A DNA stretch of 64,000 nucleotides, from contig OY843751.1 of the NCBI GenBank assembly GCA_963693055.1, positions 1,088,001-1,152,000 of the forward strand, read 5' to 3'. The position numbers and the translations under genes were made by a program. Below, piece by piece: positions 63,096 to 64,000 of this stretch. Numbering within the stretch: position 1 is the first letter of the stretch; each line of letters opens with the position of its first letter. This stretch comes from a bacterium (GTDB lineage: Bacteria > Zhuqueibacterota > Zhuqueibacteria > Residuimicrobiales > Krinioviventaceae). The notes under the pieces are model-generated. The model ran no database searches. It saw only the letters and a list, made by a program, of their open reading frames with translations, and was not told where the DNA came from.

Positions 63096-64000
63096 GTTTA
63101 GTATTTGATTTAAATACAATTTGGTTCTTTCTGGTGGGTATTCTTTTAACCGGGTATGCAATTCTTGATGGATTTGACTTGGGAATTGGTGCATTGCACC
63201 TTTTTGCAGAAACCGATCATGACCGTAGAATTATGCTCAACTCTATTGGACCCATCTGGGATGGAAATGAAGTGTGGCTTGTGACTGGTGGCGGTGCATT
63301 GTTTGCCGCCTTTCCCGAAGTTTATGCTACTGCATTTTCTGGCTTTTATATGGCACTTATGTTATTGTTGTTCAGCCTCATTTTTCGGGCTGTTGCTATA
63401 GATTTCCGGAGCAAACAGTCGTCAAAGGTGTGGCGTAAAACCTGGGACATCAGTTTTACCATCAGTAGTATTGTTGCTTCGTTACTTATTGGTACTGCGC
63501 TTGGTAATGTAGCGTGGGGTGTGCCTTTGGATGCAAATCACGAGTATGCCGGATCATTCTGGACACTTTTGAACCCCTATTCTTTATTGGTAGGTGTTTT
63601 GGTTGTTGTGTTATTTATGATGCATGGTGCACTTTATGGTATCCTCAAAACTGAAGGCGACTTGCAGAAAAAATTGGGTAAATTGTTTAAAACCAATTTT
63701 ATCTTGTTTGGAATTGGTTATATTGTAGTAACCGTAGCCACATTATTATTTGCGGACAATATTACAGAACATTACAAATCTAGTCCGGTTTTGATGATAT
63801 TTCCAATTATTAATGTTTTATTGATTGTAAATGTTTGGTGGCAGCACCATAGGGGCAAAGAGCTTGCGGCGTTTTTATCGTCTTGTTTTACGATACTGCT
63901 GCTTATGTTGATTTTTGGATTGGGAATTTATCCGGATATGTTGTTTTCTAATCCTATAGCTGGTAATACACTGGATATTTACAATGCAGCATCTTCGCAA
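63092..64000 (+). CDS. cydB: Cytochrome bd ubiquinol oxidase subunit II (3'-truncated by the window edge)
   Basis: ATGA overlap with cydA; translates YAILDGFDLGIG and IGPIWDGNEVWLV. Absent from the ORF track because no stop is reached. Confidence 0.95.
   Translation, partial: MSLVFDLNTIWFFLVGILLTGYAILDGFDLGIGALHLFAETDHDRRIMLNSIGPIWDGNEVWLVTGGGALFAAFPEVYATAFSGFYMALMLLLFSLIFRAVAIDFRSKQSSKVWRKTWDISFTISSIVASLLIGTALGNVAWGVPLDANHEYAGSFWTLLNPYSLLVGVLVVVLFMMHGALYGILKTEGDLQKKLGKLFKTNFILFGIGYIVVTVATLLFADNITEHYKSSPVLMIFPIINVLLIVNVWWQHHRGKELAAFLSSCFTILLLMLIFGLGIYPDMLFSNPIAGNTLDIYNAASSQ

Overview
A bacterial chromosomal window. Several secreted proteins carry 'NYPNPFNP' FlgD-Ig/T9SS-type C-terminal tails, and there are a GWxTD protein, polysaccharide hydrolases, multiheme cytochromes and cydAB. 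This suggests an FCB-group anaerobe such as KSB1 or Calditrichota (inference only). 1-28 kb holds an ECF sigma/anti-sigma/GWxTD operon, a hybrid histidine kinase, a PadR locus, a 2,581-aa multi-catalytic CAZyme, a GH92 and a GH106. Two AT-rich accessory zones (28-32 kb, 41-53.4 kb) look modular. Four copies of a ~120-bp sigma70-promoter-plus-leader element each precede an unrelated exported protein, and four copies of a second hairpin repeat sit after those genes. The zones also contain an orphan RHS toxin/immunity remnant, three IS elements and a matrixin locus broken three times. At 55-59.6 kb a predicted sigma54-driven operon encodes a multiheme cytochrome lipoprotein interrupted by an in-frame TGA followed by a SECIS-like hairpin (probable selenocysteine). 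It also encodes a tandem rhodanese lipoprotein, a beta-barrel and a 12-heme cytochrome. No rRNA, tRNA or CRISPR array was recognised.
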